The position numbers were made by a program, and so were the translations under genes. Source: Candidatus Bipolaricaulota bacterium (GTDB lineage Bacteria; Bipolaricaulota; Bipolaricaulia; UBA7950; UBA9294). From it: a stretch of DNA of 51,320 nt. The notes under the pieces are model-generated. The model was not told where the DNA came from and did not search any database. It saw nothing but the letters and a program-made list of their open reading frames with translations. Shown here one piece after another: positions 18,309 to 27,669 of the stretch (its first letter is position 1; every line of letters starts with the position of its first letter). The DNA is taken from assembly GCA_040752575.1 (NCBI GenBank), contig JBFMGK010000036.1:1-51320 (forward strand). Reading direction: 5' to 3'.

Positions 18309-19274
18309 ATGGTTGGCAAGGCGATGGGAAAGGCAGTGGCGGTCCTTCTGATCTGCGGAGCGACATCGGGACTCGCTGCAGCGGGCGACGTCTTCTTCGA
18401 TGCGTCCCTTGGCTATTCGGTGGAGGTTCCGACGGGGTGGGAACTGCTTCGCCCGAATGCGAACTCCGTTCGAATCGAGGGACCCGACGACGTCGCGTTG
18501 GAGATCCGCAACATCGCCACGGCCGCAATCGGCGGTGCCTATGCGACGGTGGATGGACTCGTGGCCGAGCTGAGGTGCCGCGCCGCCATGGAAAGCGGAG
18601 AGGTGCACCTGACCTCCGTCGGAGAGTTGGACGTTTGGGATACGGACGGAGCCAAGCTGGAAGCGCGGCAGTTCGTAGTCGAGCGCGACGACGCCGGCGA
18701 AGAACTCGTTACGTGGCACGCGGTGGTCCTGCATGCATCAGGAAGCGTCCTGTTCGCCCTCACGTACGCCGGCCCGGCCTCAGGATACGCCAGGTCCCAG
18801 CACGTGGCCTCCGAGTTGCTCGGAACGTGGCAGGTCGGCGGCGCCTCGGAGACGGGATCCGCCGACACCGCGACAGCAAGCGACGAAGCCGGGGACATCC
18901 ACGTGATCCTTGAAGACCGAGGCCACATCGGTCCGTACCTGTACGCGCAAAGCGCGTATGACAAGCGCCTCTACGAGTTCACTGTCTCCGTCGCCGGGTA
19001 TGTCGCGCTGTGCGTCGTCGACGAAGAGGGCGAAGCGATCACCGGTTGGATCTTCGCTGCCGACGGGATGGAAGTCACGCGCAAGCCTGGGAACTACGCC
19101 GATGTCTACACGAGCGCCTATCCGATAGCTCCAGGGACTTACACCGTGAAGGTCGGGCAGGACAACATGGTGACCGAGTCGGATTTCCAGATGGCCGTCT
19201 ACTTCAGCCTCACCGCGTTCACCCTCGATGACCTGGTCGCCCGGTTCGGACCGCGGGTCCGCGTATTACCCTAG
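18309..19274 (+). CDS. Secreted two-domain hypothetical protein (PsbP-like N-domain, small beta-sandwich C-domain)
   Basis: GGAGGG RBS; signal peptide; GYSVEVPTGW; PGTYTVKVG. Confidence 0.65.
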   Translation: MVGKAMGKAVAVLLICGATSGLAAAGDVFFDASLGYSVEVPTGWELLRPNANSVRIEGPDDVALEIRNIATAAIGGAYATVDGLVAELRCRAAMESGEVHLTSVGELDVWDTDGAKLEARQFVVERDDAGEELVTWHAVVLHASGSVLFALTYAGPASGYARSQHVASELLGTWQVGGASETGSADTATASDEAGDIHVILEDRGHIGPYLYAQSAYDKRLYEFTVSVAGYVALCVVDEEGEAITGWIFAADGMEVTRKPGNYADVYTSAYPIAPGTYTVKVGQDNMVTESDFQMAVYFSLTAFTLDDLVARFGPRVRVLP

Positions 19275-19291
19275 GTTCAGACGAGCTCGGC

Positions 19292-21025
19292 CTAGCGTGT
19301 TGCTCCTTCGTGCGGCCTCGACTCCCAGGAGGCAAAGAGTTCACCCATCTCGGAGAGCCGGGTCCACTGGACATACCCCTCGGCGACCAACGGATCGACG
19401 ACTTGCCGCAGCGCGCAGTCCCAGAAGGCCAGATCGAGCGACAGCGCTTGGGAACCTGAGACGATCCCTGTCGTCGGGTCGTACGTCGCGTAGCGAGACC
19501 CATCCTCCGAATCGAAGTGACCGATGTGGGTCACGACGTAGCAGGTGTTGATCCGCTCGGCATCGGAGAAGCGGATGAACTGGCTCAGAAGCGGCGCAAG
19601 CCGCGACGGCACGCGCTCATGATGCTGCGTCAGGGACTGGCCCCAGCCTGGGATGTAGATGACGGGACCTTGGGCGTCGTGGGTCACGAAGGACCCAGGA
19701 TCGTCGCGGGCGCTTGCCGCGGACGGCCGCCAAGGGTTGGTCATCAGACCGCCGAAGGTCCGCTGGGTCTGGTTGTTCTTGAATGCGGACCACGTGAGGA
19801 CGTCGACGCCAGCCAGGGCGGCCGGATCTCTGAACTCCCAATTCCCGTTGTGGTCGGTCACGGCGGTCCCGGAGACCTCGGCGAGGAGAGTCTGCAGGTT
19901 GTCCACATAGAGGGGAACCAGCGGGTCGCAGCAAGCGTCGACGTCGGCGATCCAGCCCGGGGTCCGCGAGGATCTGCTGCAGTCGTCGGCACTCCGAGGT
20001 CGGCCTGTCGGATCAACGCAGTTGGGCCCGTGAGTGTGGGTTGAGTAGGCGACGCCAAAGTCGCGAGACAGGTCCGCGAGCGTTGACGGGGCGTACCGCT
20101 GCGCGGCGAGGACCCAGTCTTCCTCCGGCTGGATGGTGAGGAACCCGCCATGGTCGCAGAGCAACTCGGCGAGTCGGCGGAAGATCTCGGTGCACTCGCG
20201 GAAGTAGGCCTCGTGAGTCAGCAGAAGCGCGGGATCCTCGATATGGATGAGGATCGCGAAGTGCACCGGGGCGACAGGCGACGCCGGCACCGGGACGCCT
20301 CCGACCCAGCGCCCGCCCGCGGGCGGATCTGCCATCTTCCATTGGGATGCCTCGATGGCCGCGTCGTCAACATACAGCGTCGTGTCGGGACCCACCTCGA
20401 GCGCGAGGATCGCGTAGGCAAGGCCACGGCGATTGTCGAGGGAGAACTCAAGATGCGTCCATTCGCTGTCGACAACGAAGGGTTGACGGGTCTCCAGGGT
20501 GATCGGCGGGGCGCCCACGCGCTCAACGCCGAGCACGCGGACAGGAATCGAGGTCGAGCGTCCGGGTGACCGCGCCCAGAGCGAGAACCGCGTGTCCTCT
20601 CCCTTCTCAACCTCCGCGCGAAACCCGATGACGACGCCTTGTCCTGCCGTCGAGTTCGCCTGAAGACCCCATGACCCGGTGCGCGCGGCCGATTCCGAAC
20701 GCTCGAGCGCCCCCGGCGCAAGCGAAGCGGGAGGTTCGAGTGCGACGAGGGCGGCGGTGCCGTCCTCGAAGCCCCCGTCGTCGAGCCAGTTCTTCCACTC
20801 CAGAAGATCCGCGACGAGGGCGCGCAAGGGATTCGGCGTGCCGGCGTCCGAAGCGGACTCGGATCCGCAGTCCTGCGGACACCTTGCGGCGGTCTCCGGT
20901 CCGTCGCACAGGCCGTCGCCGCAGCGGCTCCCCGTGAGACAGATCCAGGCGAGGGCGATGCAGGCGGCCAGCGAGCCTCGAGCGAGCGCAGAGAAGCTGG
21001 GCCGCGGATGCGACATGCCGATCAC
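19292..21025 (-). CDS. Secreted protein: Cys-rich CGDG motif, CBM4/9-like domain, polysaccharide-deacetylase-like domain
   Basis: CGDGLCDGPETAARCPQDC; NWLDDGGFEDG...ARTGSWGL...LYVDDA; IHIED...HTH; GTGA overlap with the upstream gene. Confidence 0.7.
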   Translation of the reverse strand: MIGMSHPRPSFSALARGSLAACIALAWICLTGSRCGDGLCDGPETAARCPQDCGSESASDAGTPNPLRALVADLLEWKNWLDDGGFEDGTAALVALEPPASLAPGALERSESAARTGSWGLQANSTAGQGVVIGFRAEVEKGEDTRFSLWARSPGRSTSIPVRVLGVERVGAPPITLETRQPFVVDSEWTHLEFSLDNRRGLAYAILALEVGPDTTLYVDDAAIEASQWKMADPPAGGRWVGGVPVPASPVAPVHFAILIHIEDPALLLTHEAYFRECTEIFRRLAELLCDHGGFLTIQPEEDWVLAAQRYAPSTLADLSRDFGVAYSTHTHGPNCVDPTGRPRSADDCSRSSRTPGWIADVDACCDPLVPLYVDNLQTLLAEVSGTAVTDHNGNWEFRDPAALAGVDVLTWSAFKNNQTQRTFGGLMTNPWRPSAASARDDPGSFVTHDAQGPVIYIPGWGQSLTQHHERVPSRLAPLLSQFIRFSDAERINTCYVVTHIGHFDSEDGSRYATYDPTTGIVSGSQALSLDLAFWDCALRQVVDPLVAEGYVQWTRLSEMGELFASWESRPHEGATR

Positions 21026-21819
21026 GCTCCCGCCGACGTGCTCTCGTTCGATTCCATGGGATCTTGGCGCGACTTCGCACCATCCCGCCAGCGCAGGATG
21101 GCCGCGTCGACGGCCGCAGCGAGAAGGGGGCCGACCGCTCGATTGGCCAGCGCATTGGGGTGGCTGTCCCCTTCGCCGCTGCGGTACTCGGCGCGCAGGA
21201 AGCCTGCCGGGTCTGCAAGAAGTGAGAAGAAGTCGAACACCACGAGGTTGATCCGCCCGCCGGCGAACTCTTCGGAGGCAAGATACGCCGACCAGGCACG
21301 AGCCCGTGCCGCGTTCTCCGATGTCGTCTCGTTGGGAACGAGCGGCGGCGGCGTGAACGCTACGAACAGCCGATCGGGATGACGATCGATCACGGTCCGA
21401 ATCTCAAGGTACGACCTTTTGTAGCTTGCGGCCATCTCGTCATCCTCGATGTTCGACGCGGGAAAGCAGCTTTTGAAGAGAATCACGTCGTACTCGAGCA
21501 TCTGTGCGAAGGCGCCCGGCGACGAGGCGACGTCCTGGGAGAACACGGCTGCCCAACCGTCGGGGTTCGTGTTGTCGTCGGGAATGCCAAACGAGCGGCC
21601 CACCGGCATCCCCGCTGCGTCCGCCAGGCCCTCGTCGTTGTAGCCGTGATCCCAGACCTCGTAACCTCTTGCGGAGAGCGCTTCGCGAACCTCGCCCTCG
21701 CGCAGCAAGTTGCCGCCCGTGGAGTGGTGAAGAAAGAGGACGCGAAGGGGAGCCGCACCGACCGTCAGGCCGCGCAGAGTACCCAGGAAGAGCACCGACA
21801 TCGCGAGCCGGCCGCGCAT
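21022..21819 (-). CDS. Secreted SGNH-hydrolase-like protein
   Basis: Signal peptide; LFLHHSTGGNL, FKSCFP, TPPPL, DSHPN; ATG after GAGGTG. Confidence 0.72.
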   Translation of the reverse strand: MRGRLAMSVLFLGTLRGLTVGAAPLRVLFLHHSTGGNLLREGEVREALSARGYEVWDHGYNDEGLADAAGMPVGRSFGIPDDNTNPDGWAAVFSQDVASSPGAFAQMLEYDVILFKSCFPASNIEDDEMAASYKRSYLEIRTVIDRHPDRLFVAFTPPPLVPNETTSENAARARAWSAYLASEEFAGGRINLVVFDFFSLLADPAGFLRAEYRSGEGDSHPNALANRAVGPLLAAAVDAAILRWRDGAKSRQDPMESNESTSAGA

Positions 21820-21879
21820 GGCGATCACCTCGCGCGAGCCTAACCGAGCCTGCCCGGGAAGTGAAGGCGGTACGACGGC

Positions 21880-22761
21880 TTAGCCTGGCTGCGCGGCAAA
21901 CAGAGCCAGGAGTTCGAGCGCGAACTCGCCCACGAGAGTCTGGAGATCGAGATCCTTGGCCGGGAAGATGGGCCGCTGGCTCGCCGAGTAGACCTGATTC
22001 GGCTTCAGGTCGTTCAGCCGCGTCCAGGGCGCCGTTCCGTTCCCGCCGTAGGCCTCGGACGTGGCCTCGGAGATCAGAAGGAGGGCGTGGTCAACGTCCG
22101 GCTGCACGTGGTCGACGCGCGACTGAAGTCGAAGGTAGGGCAGCTTGATGGCCGAAGCGAAGGTCGACGCTTCGCGCTCGCTCCAGAAGATCTCGTCGTC
22201 GCACGGATGTCCCTGGAGGTGGCCTAGCCTGTCCGCGTCGCATCCCCCCGTGTCGTTGCGCGTCGCCGGCCCCTCCCAGTCAATGTAGAACAACACAGGG
22301 AGTTCGGGGTACCTCGCGAGGGTCCCCATCGCCATCGTGACGCCGTAGGAATAGGAAACCAGCCCGATGCGCGTCGGGTCCACTTCCGGGCGCGAGGCAG
22401 CGTAGGAGATCACGCAGGCCAAGGCATCCTGGTGAAGGGTTCCGTTGTCGTCCTCCAGTCCCTCGCTGGCGCCGCGGCCGTCAGGGTCGAAGGCGACGAC
22501 GACGAAACCGAGCGATGCCAGCCGTTCGGCGTCCGATCCGGCAGGTGCGGGGCCTAGGAAGGATCTCGAGTCTCCCCTGCCTCCCGGCACCAGGACCAGC
22601 GCCGGCGCGCCGCCGAAGGCGACGGTCTCGGGACAGACGACGAACACGGCGAGTCTCGCGCCGCTCGTCGGGTTGATCACGAAGTCCGCCTCTTGGCCCC
22701 GGGCTCCGCCGACCAAGGCGAAGGCCACCAGCACCCAGCACGTCAACCCCCATCGCGCCAT
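21880..22761 (-). CDS. Secreted alpha/beta hydrolase (CocE/NonD/S15-like)
   Basis: Signal peptide; LVLVPGG, FDPDGRGASEG, VDPTRIGLVSYSYG, DHVQ; GAGGAG RBS. Confidence 0.8.
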   Translation of the reverse strand: MARWGLTCWVLVAFALVGGARGQEADFVINPTSGARLAVFVVCPETVAFGGAPALVLVPGGRGDSRSFLGPAPAGSDAERLASLGFVVVAFDPDGRGASEGLEDDNGTLHQDALACVISYAASRPEVDPTRIGLVSYSYGVTMAMGTLARYPELPVLFYIDWEGPATRNDTGGCDADRLGHLQGHPCDDEIFWSEREASTFASAIKLPYLRLQSRVDHVQPDVDHALLLISEATSEAYGGNGTAPWTRLNDLKPNQVYSASQRPIFPAKDLDLQTLVGEFALELLALFAAQPG

Positions 22762-22924
22762 GGCGGATGCTCCTCGCGCGCCGGATGTCGCGCCCGATCT
22801 TTGGCCCCCGACGCCAAGGCAGTGTCTCATCGGCCGCGACGGAAACTCCACACCGTCGGAGAACAGGCTGCCTGCGGCGCCCCTGGAGCCCTTCGGATCC
22901 CGCCCCGTATCAGGATGCATGAGA

Positions 22925-23260
22925 CTACGCCTCGTCATCGCACAGAGGAGCGTCGACGAGGTCGACGACGACGGAGCGGAGCTCGACGTCGAACCAGCGG
23001 AGAAAAACGTCGAGACTTCGATCCTGCGGCCACTCCGACTCGTCGACAGACCAAAGGCTCAGTTCGGCCTCAAACAGGAGGTCGAAGCACTGAGGCAGGA
23101 TCGACTCCAGATCATCCTCCTCGTCCAACTCGGGGAGGAGGAACGCGATGCCGTCTTCGCGGAGCTGCTCGAGGGTGATCTCCGCAGGCTCGGGAAGAGA
23201 GCGTATCCAGTCGAGAAACGGACCCTTGGCCCTCGTTGTGAGCGCGCAGCGGTTCAACAT
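22925..23260 (-). CDS. Small acidic conserved hypothetical protein
   Basis: MLNRCALT..KGPFLDWI...FEAELSLW..DESEWPQDR..FLRWF; AAGGAG RBS. Confidence 0.8.
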   Translation of the reverse strand: MLNRCALTTRAKGPFLDWIRSLPEPAEITLEQLREDGIAFLLPELDEEDDLESILPQCFDLLFEAELSLWSVDESEWPQDRSLDVFLRWFDVELRSVVVDLVDAPLCDDEA

Positions 23261-23297
23261 GGTGAGGCTCCTTTCGCAGTCGTCGGAGCGACCGCCG

Positions 23298-23339
23298 TCC
23301 GATGCGCCGTCGGCCCTCGGGACACGGCGGCGCATCGGA
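23298..23339. terminator. Strong intergenic hairpin (terminator or stabiliser)
   Basis: TCCGATGCGCCG / CGGCGCATCGGA perfect 12-bp stem just after the DOMON gene. Confidence 0.5.
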
Positions 23340-23355
23340 GACGTTTATGTGGCGA

Positions 23356-24240
23356 CTAGTCCAGGGCCAGAGAGATGGCGCCCCGGTCGGAATGTCGCAC
23401 CGAGAGATCGTCCGACGACGCATGGTAGGCGAGAAGTGCCTCGTACGTCGAGCCGGAGCGCAGCGGCTTGTCGGCCGGGTCACCGCTGTCGAGCGGGATG
23501 GCGAACTCGACGGTGGTCTCGCGTTCCAGTTCCCGTCCCGCCGCGGCGAGCACATCGCTCTGAGCATCGATCGCATGACCGAATCGGCTCGTGCCGAAGT
23601 GGTCTTCGATCCGTAGCTCGCCGCTCGAAACGGCAGCAAGGATGTAGTCTGCGCCCTGCATCGCCGACTCAGGATCGAGCCCGACCGAGACCCAACCCGT
23701 GCCGGGGGACGTCATGGCGACGATGAGCACCGTGGCGTCGTTCCACCAAGCGATCGACATTCCCGTTGCCGCATCGCGGGCCGTGTGAGGGTACTCGCCG
23801 TCGCTCCACGCACCGTCCAGGAAGGGAAACGGAGCCGGCCAGAAGACGTCGTCCACTGGGTCGGGGCGATCGAGGGTCGCCGAGGTCGGCTCGGAGACGG
23901 CGGCGATCACTACGCGAAAGGCCGTGTCCGCAGGAGGGCGGCTCAACTCGCCATCGCGCGAGCTGTCGACAACGATCTCCAGGATGTGCTCGCGCCCAAG
24001 GGGCACCTCCGCAAACGCTAACGTCAGGTCCTCGGCATCGACGGGGACACGTGCCGCTCGCGCGATCTCGAGACCCGTTACCGCGTCGAGCAGTCTCCCG
24101 CCAGCAACTGTACCTAGGAAGTCACCGAACCCCGAGACGATCAACGACAGCGAAGTCGTCTGCGCGCTCGTCGCTCCTGCCAACAAGAGAACCAGCAGAA
24201 GCGCGCCGAGGGCACGCCGCAAAGAGAGAAAACCGATCAT
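23356..24240 (-). CDS. Secreted DOMON-domain protein
   Basis: Signal peptide; GTGWVSVG..AMQGADYILA..IEDHFG..TTVEFAIPLDSGD..H; AAGGAG RBS. Confidence 0.85.
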   Translation of the reverse strand: MIGFLSLRRALGALLLVLLLAGATSAQTTSLSLIVSGFGDFLGTVAGGRLLDAVTGLEIARAARVPVDAEDLTLAFAEVPLGREHILEIVVDSSRDGELSRPPADTAFRVVIAAVSEPTSATLDRPDPVDDVFWPAPFPFLDGAWSDGEYPHTARDAATGMSIAWWNDATVLIVAMTSPGTGWVSVGLDPESAMQGADYILAAVSSGELRIEDHFGTSRFGHAIDAQSDVLAAAGRELERETTVEFAIPLDSGDPADKPLRSGSTYEALLAYHASSDDLSVRHSDRGAISLALD

Positions 24241-26009
24241 CGCATCTCCTTTCCTCGCACCCTGAGTCTGTGATCGTAGTCGTCGCGTGTGTCCGACCTG
24301 TCGTGCCGCTGTGGGGCCGCGGTGGGCGCCGCCCCGATGCCGGCAGGCGCGGCGTGGCCGACGAGCCTGCGTCCGAAACCCCATAGCGCCGTCGATAGCG
24401 TTGCGCAGAGGCCGATGCAGTACCAGACCCACCGAGGGAAGCCAAGCCACCCGAGTCTTGCGTCGTCCCAGGCCCAGATATCGTGACTCGCGGCGAACAG
24501 CCCGGCAAAGACGACGGCCCAGAGAATCTTCTCGCCTCGTCCCAGGGCCGGTGCAAGACGAATCCTAGGCAGGAGCCGTGGACGGCCGAGGCGGCTTCCG
24601 ACGTACAGCGCAAGCGTGGTGAGCGCGACGACCGGGACGACGGGCAGTGTCCCGAAGGTGGGCAGGCACTCGAAATGGTAGGCGACGACGAGTCCTTCCC
24701 CGAGAACGATCGAGACGACGGCTGCGGCGGCACTGAACCGTTTCCAGGAGATCGCGGCCCAAACGATGGGAAACAGGACGGCGAGCCCGGTGAACGTCTC
24801 CGTCGTGATCTCGACAAAGGTTCCCAACGGACGATAGGCCAACGCGAGACCGGCCAGCGCGAGCAAGACGACGAAGGTGCGCCCGGCCCAAGCCGAAGTC
24901 TCACGAGATGCCTCGCCGGTCGCCCTGGTGACCCGGGCGCGCAGCGGTTCCCACACGTCCCTCGCCGCCATCGAGGCGAGCGCGAGGAGCTGGGAATCCA
25001 ACGTCGTGATCAGCGCGGCAAGGCCGGCGCAGACGGCCAGAGTCTCGACCCACGGCGATGCGACGTCGTGGAGGACCAGAGGGAGGATCTGGTCGGCGGT
25101 GGCGCCTTCGGGAAGCGAGGGAAAGGTGAGGCGGCCGAGAACGCCGAGGGAAACGGGAAGAAGGAACAGCGAGCCGGTCACAAGGGGGTAGAGCGCCGCG
25201 GTGGCCGCGAGCGCGCGCGGGTCCTTGGCGGCATAGAACCTCTGAAAGAGCTGTGGGAACATGGGGTCACAGAGAAACCAGAGGCCCATGTATCCGAACC
25301 AGACGCCGGGGCTGAATGCTTCGCGCAAGCCGGGCCGTGAGAACAGCCCGGGCCACTGGGCGGCCGCCGAGGCATTCGCGGCGGAGAGCCCACCGTATGC
25401 CTTGGCAACCGACCCTAGGGCGAGCGCCATCACCGCGATGAGCACGACGCCCTGGAAGATGTCCGTCCAGACCTCGCCGCGCAGTCCGCCAAGCCACACC
25501 ACGGCGATGACGACACAAGTTACGGCGGCAGCCCCCGTGTAGTAAGGGATACCGAGCAACGATTCCAGCGCGTAGCCGGCGGCCATGGGCTGAATGGCCA
25601 GGTAGGGCAAAGTGAAGACGGTCATCACCGCGAGAAAGACGAGGCGCAACGAGCGGCTCCCTCCGGAACGGTGGAAGACCAACTCGGGGGGCGTCACGAG
25701 CCCTTGCTCCTTCCCGATTCTCCAGATCGGTGCGCCCAACAGAAGAAACGCGAGGGCCATGAACCCCGTCCCGAAAGCCATGATGGGGTAGAACGCGTAG
25801 CCCGACGACCACCCTGCTCCGGAGAAGCCGAACACCGTGAAGGCGCTGAAGTTCGTCGCGGCCATCGAAAGGAACAGGGTCCATCCTTGGAGGGAGCGCG
25901 ATGCTAGGTAGAAGTCCTCCGCCGTGCGGCGTCCGCGTCGCCTCGCCACGGCTCCGAGGGCCAACAGAGCGAACAAGTACAGCAGGATCGACAGAAGACG
26001 CAGTCCCAC
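24237..26009 (-). CDS. Sodium:solute symporter (PanF/PutP family) with C-terminal DUF3311-like extension
   Basis: EDFYLASR, ATNFSAFT, GGLRG..WTD, PQLFQRFYAA, TTLDSQL; GTG after AAGGAGG. Confidence 0.92.
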   Translation of the reverse strand: MGLRLLSILLYLFALLALGAVARRRGRRTAEDFYLASRSLQGWTLFLSMAATNFSAFTVFGFSGAGWSSGYAFYPIMAFGTGFMALAFLLLGAPIWRIGKEQGLVTPPELVFHRSGGSRSLRLVFLAVMTVFTLPYLAIQPMAAGYALESLLGIPYYTGAAAVTCVVIAVVWLGGLRGEVWTDIFQGVVLIAVMALALGSVAKAYGGLSAANASAAAQWPGLFSRPGLREAFSPGVWFGYMGLWFLCDPMFPQLFQRFYAAKDPRALAATAALYPLVTGSLFLLPVSLGVLGRLTFPSLPEGATADQILPLVLHDVASPWVETLAVCAGLAALITTLDSQLLALASMAARDVWEPLRARVTRATGEASRETSAWAGRTFVVLLALAGLALAYRPLGTFVEITTETFTGLAVLFPIVWAAISWKRFSAAAAVVSIVLGEGLVVAYHFECLPTFGTLPVVPVVALTTLALYVGSRLGRPRLLPRIRLAPALGRGEKILWAVVFAGLFAASHDIWAWDDARLGWLGFPRWVWYCIGLCATLSTALWGFGRRLVGHAAPAGIGAAPTAAPQRHDRSDTRDDYDHRLRVRGKEMR

Positions 26010-26131
26010 GACGACCTCCTTCGAGCGGCCGGGCGGCGTTCGAGGCGGGATGGCGTCTTGCCTAACATGCCTCGCGGCGAGTATAGGGGTGCGGGCTCGC
26101 GACCACAATGCAGGAGCCGTACGATCGGATC

Positions 26132-26737
26132 ATGAGTCGCCAACAGGACTGGGAGGAGCTTCAGGCGTCGATCCGCGCTTGCACGCGGTGTAGGACTGCG
26201 GGGCACCCGGTCGTGCCAGGCAGCGTCGTCTCGGGCCCTTCGAAGGCCGAGATCGTTCTCGTCGGCCAGGCACCGGGAGCCATGGAATCTGAAACTCGGG
26301 TGCCGTTCTGCGGTCCCTCGGGCCGTCGCCTGTTCTCGTGGGTGTCGGAAGCAGGATGGGCCGAGGACGAGTTTCGGGACCGCGTTTACCTCACGGCGCT
26401 GACGAAGTGCTATCCTGGGAAAGCCCGCGGCGGACGTGGCGACCGCGTCCCCAGCGTCGCGGAACGGAAGCTGTGCGCACCGTTCCTCGAAGCGGAGCTG
26501 CGTCTCGTCCAACCGAAGGTCGTCGTGACGGTGGGGAGAATGGCGGCCGAGAGATTCATGGGAGCAGGTGGACTCTCCACCCGGATCGGCAAAGCGTTTC
26601 GCATCGACGGCCGGATCGTGGTCCCGTTGCCCCATCCCTCCGGGGCGAACCTGTGGTTGAATCCGGCACCCCATAGGGATCTGGTCGAGCGTGCGGTGGA
26701 GCGACTCCGAGAGGTACGCCTTGGCCGCCTCACGTAG
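26132..26737 (+). CDS. Uracil-DNA glycosylase, family 4/5-like (Fe-S)
   Basis: CTRC, VGQAPG, PFCGPSG, TKCYP, LPHPSG; TACGAT 6 nt before ATG 26132. Confidence 0.9.
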   Translation: MSRQQDWEELQASIRACTRCRTAGHPVVPGSVVSGPSKAEIVLVGQAPGAMESETRVPFCGPSGRRLFSWVSEAGWAEDEFRDRVYLTALTKCYPGKARGGRGDRVPSVAERKLCAPFLEAELRLVQPKVVVTVGRMAAERFMGAGGLSTRIGKAFRIDGRIVVPLPHPSGANLWLNPAPHRDLVERAVERLREVRLGRLT

Positions 26738-26808
26738 TCGGGTTGCCGAAGTCGCTTGGATTCGCTATCACTACGGCACGCCGAGACCGTGAAGTTAAGG
26801 GAGGCCCG

Positions 26809-27663
26809 ATGTCGTGGCGGAAGCGCGAGAAGAAGCAGCGCCGGCCGGCTCTCATTCTGCGGCTTGTCCGTAGAATGGGATGGGAGCCCGGGCGCGTGAT
26901 GCGCGAAGTGCTCGAGTGGATCGAAGTGCTGGCGGTTGCTGCCGCGCTGGCCGCGGTCATCATGACGTTTATCACCGTGCGGATGCACGTGCCGACTGGA
27001 TCGATGATTCCGACGATTGACCCCAAGGACTCGTTCTTCGTCGATCGGCTGACGTACTACTTCCGGGATCCCAAGCCGGGAGACATCATTGTGTTCCGTC
27101 ATACGGAGCAGGTCTACTCGAAGTCGATCGTGGCGGGCTCGCTCGCCGCATCGGCCGGCGTTCCGGACAGCGTGCGGCTGCTCTATCTGAATTCCGAGCC
27201 TGTCTACTCCACGGCGTACATCGACGGTCGCTTGGCAAGTTGGCCCGAGGGCTCGGCTCTCTCCCTGACAACGGCTGACGGCCAGCGGTTCGACCTCGGC
27301 AAGAAGACGGCCGGTATGGAAACGTTGGAGGACCTGGGGCTCGTCACACGGGAAAAGCGGATGAGGTATGTGAAGCGGCTCATTGCCGTCGGAGGCCAGA
27401 CGGTGCAGATCCGCGACGGCGCCGTGTATGTGGATGGCGAGAGGCTCACGGGCGACGCATTCGACCGGACGTACTACTCGAGCGACCCTCGATTCCAGTT
27501 CGGCGTCGAACCGACCCTCGTCCCCGATGGTCACTATTTCGTCCTCGGCGACAATTCGCGCGACTCGTTCGACTCACGCTACTGGGGGTTCGTCGCCGAT
27601 CGCGACATCATCGGCGTGCCTTACTTGAGAGTCTGGCCGCTCGATCGCTTCGGCCCCATGTAG
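26809..27663 (+). CDS. lepB: Signal peptidase I with PDZ-like insertion
   Basis: TGSMIPT (Ser), GDIIVF, YVKRLIA (Lys), YFVLGDNSRDSFDSRYWG. Confidence 0.95.
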   Translation: MSWRKREKKQRRPALILRLVRRMGWEPGRVMREVLEWIEVLAVAAALAAVIMTFITVRMHVPTGSMIPTIDPKDSFFVDRLTYYFRDPKPGDIIVFRHTEQVYSKSIVAGSLAASAGVPDSVRLLYLNSEPVYSTAYIDGRLASWPEGSALSLTTADGQRFDLGKKTAGMETLEDLGLVTREKRMRYVKRLIAVGGQTVQIRDGAVYVDGERLTGDAFDRTYYSSDPRFQFGVEPTLVPDGHYFVLGDNSRDSFDSRYWGFVADRDIIGVPYLRVWPLDRFGPM

Positions 27664-27669
27664 AGTTCG

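Noticed and set aside
21408..21430. Partial resemblance (GGTACGACCTTTTGTAGC) to the palindrome arm at 4082-4096
   Set aside because: Gapped, non-palindromic and inside a CDS; compatible with chance.
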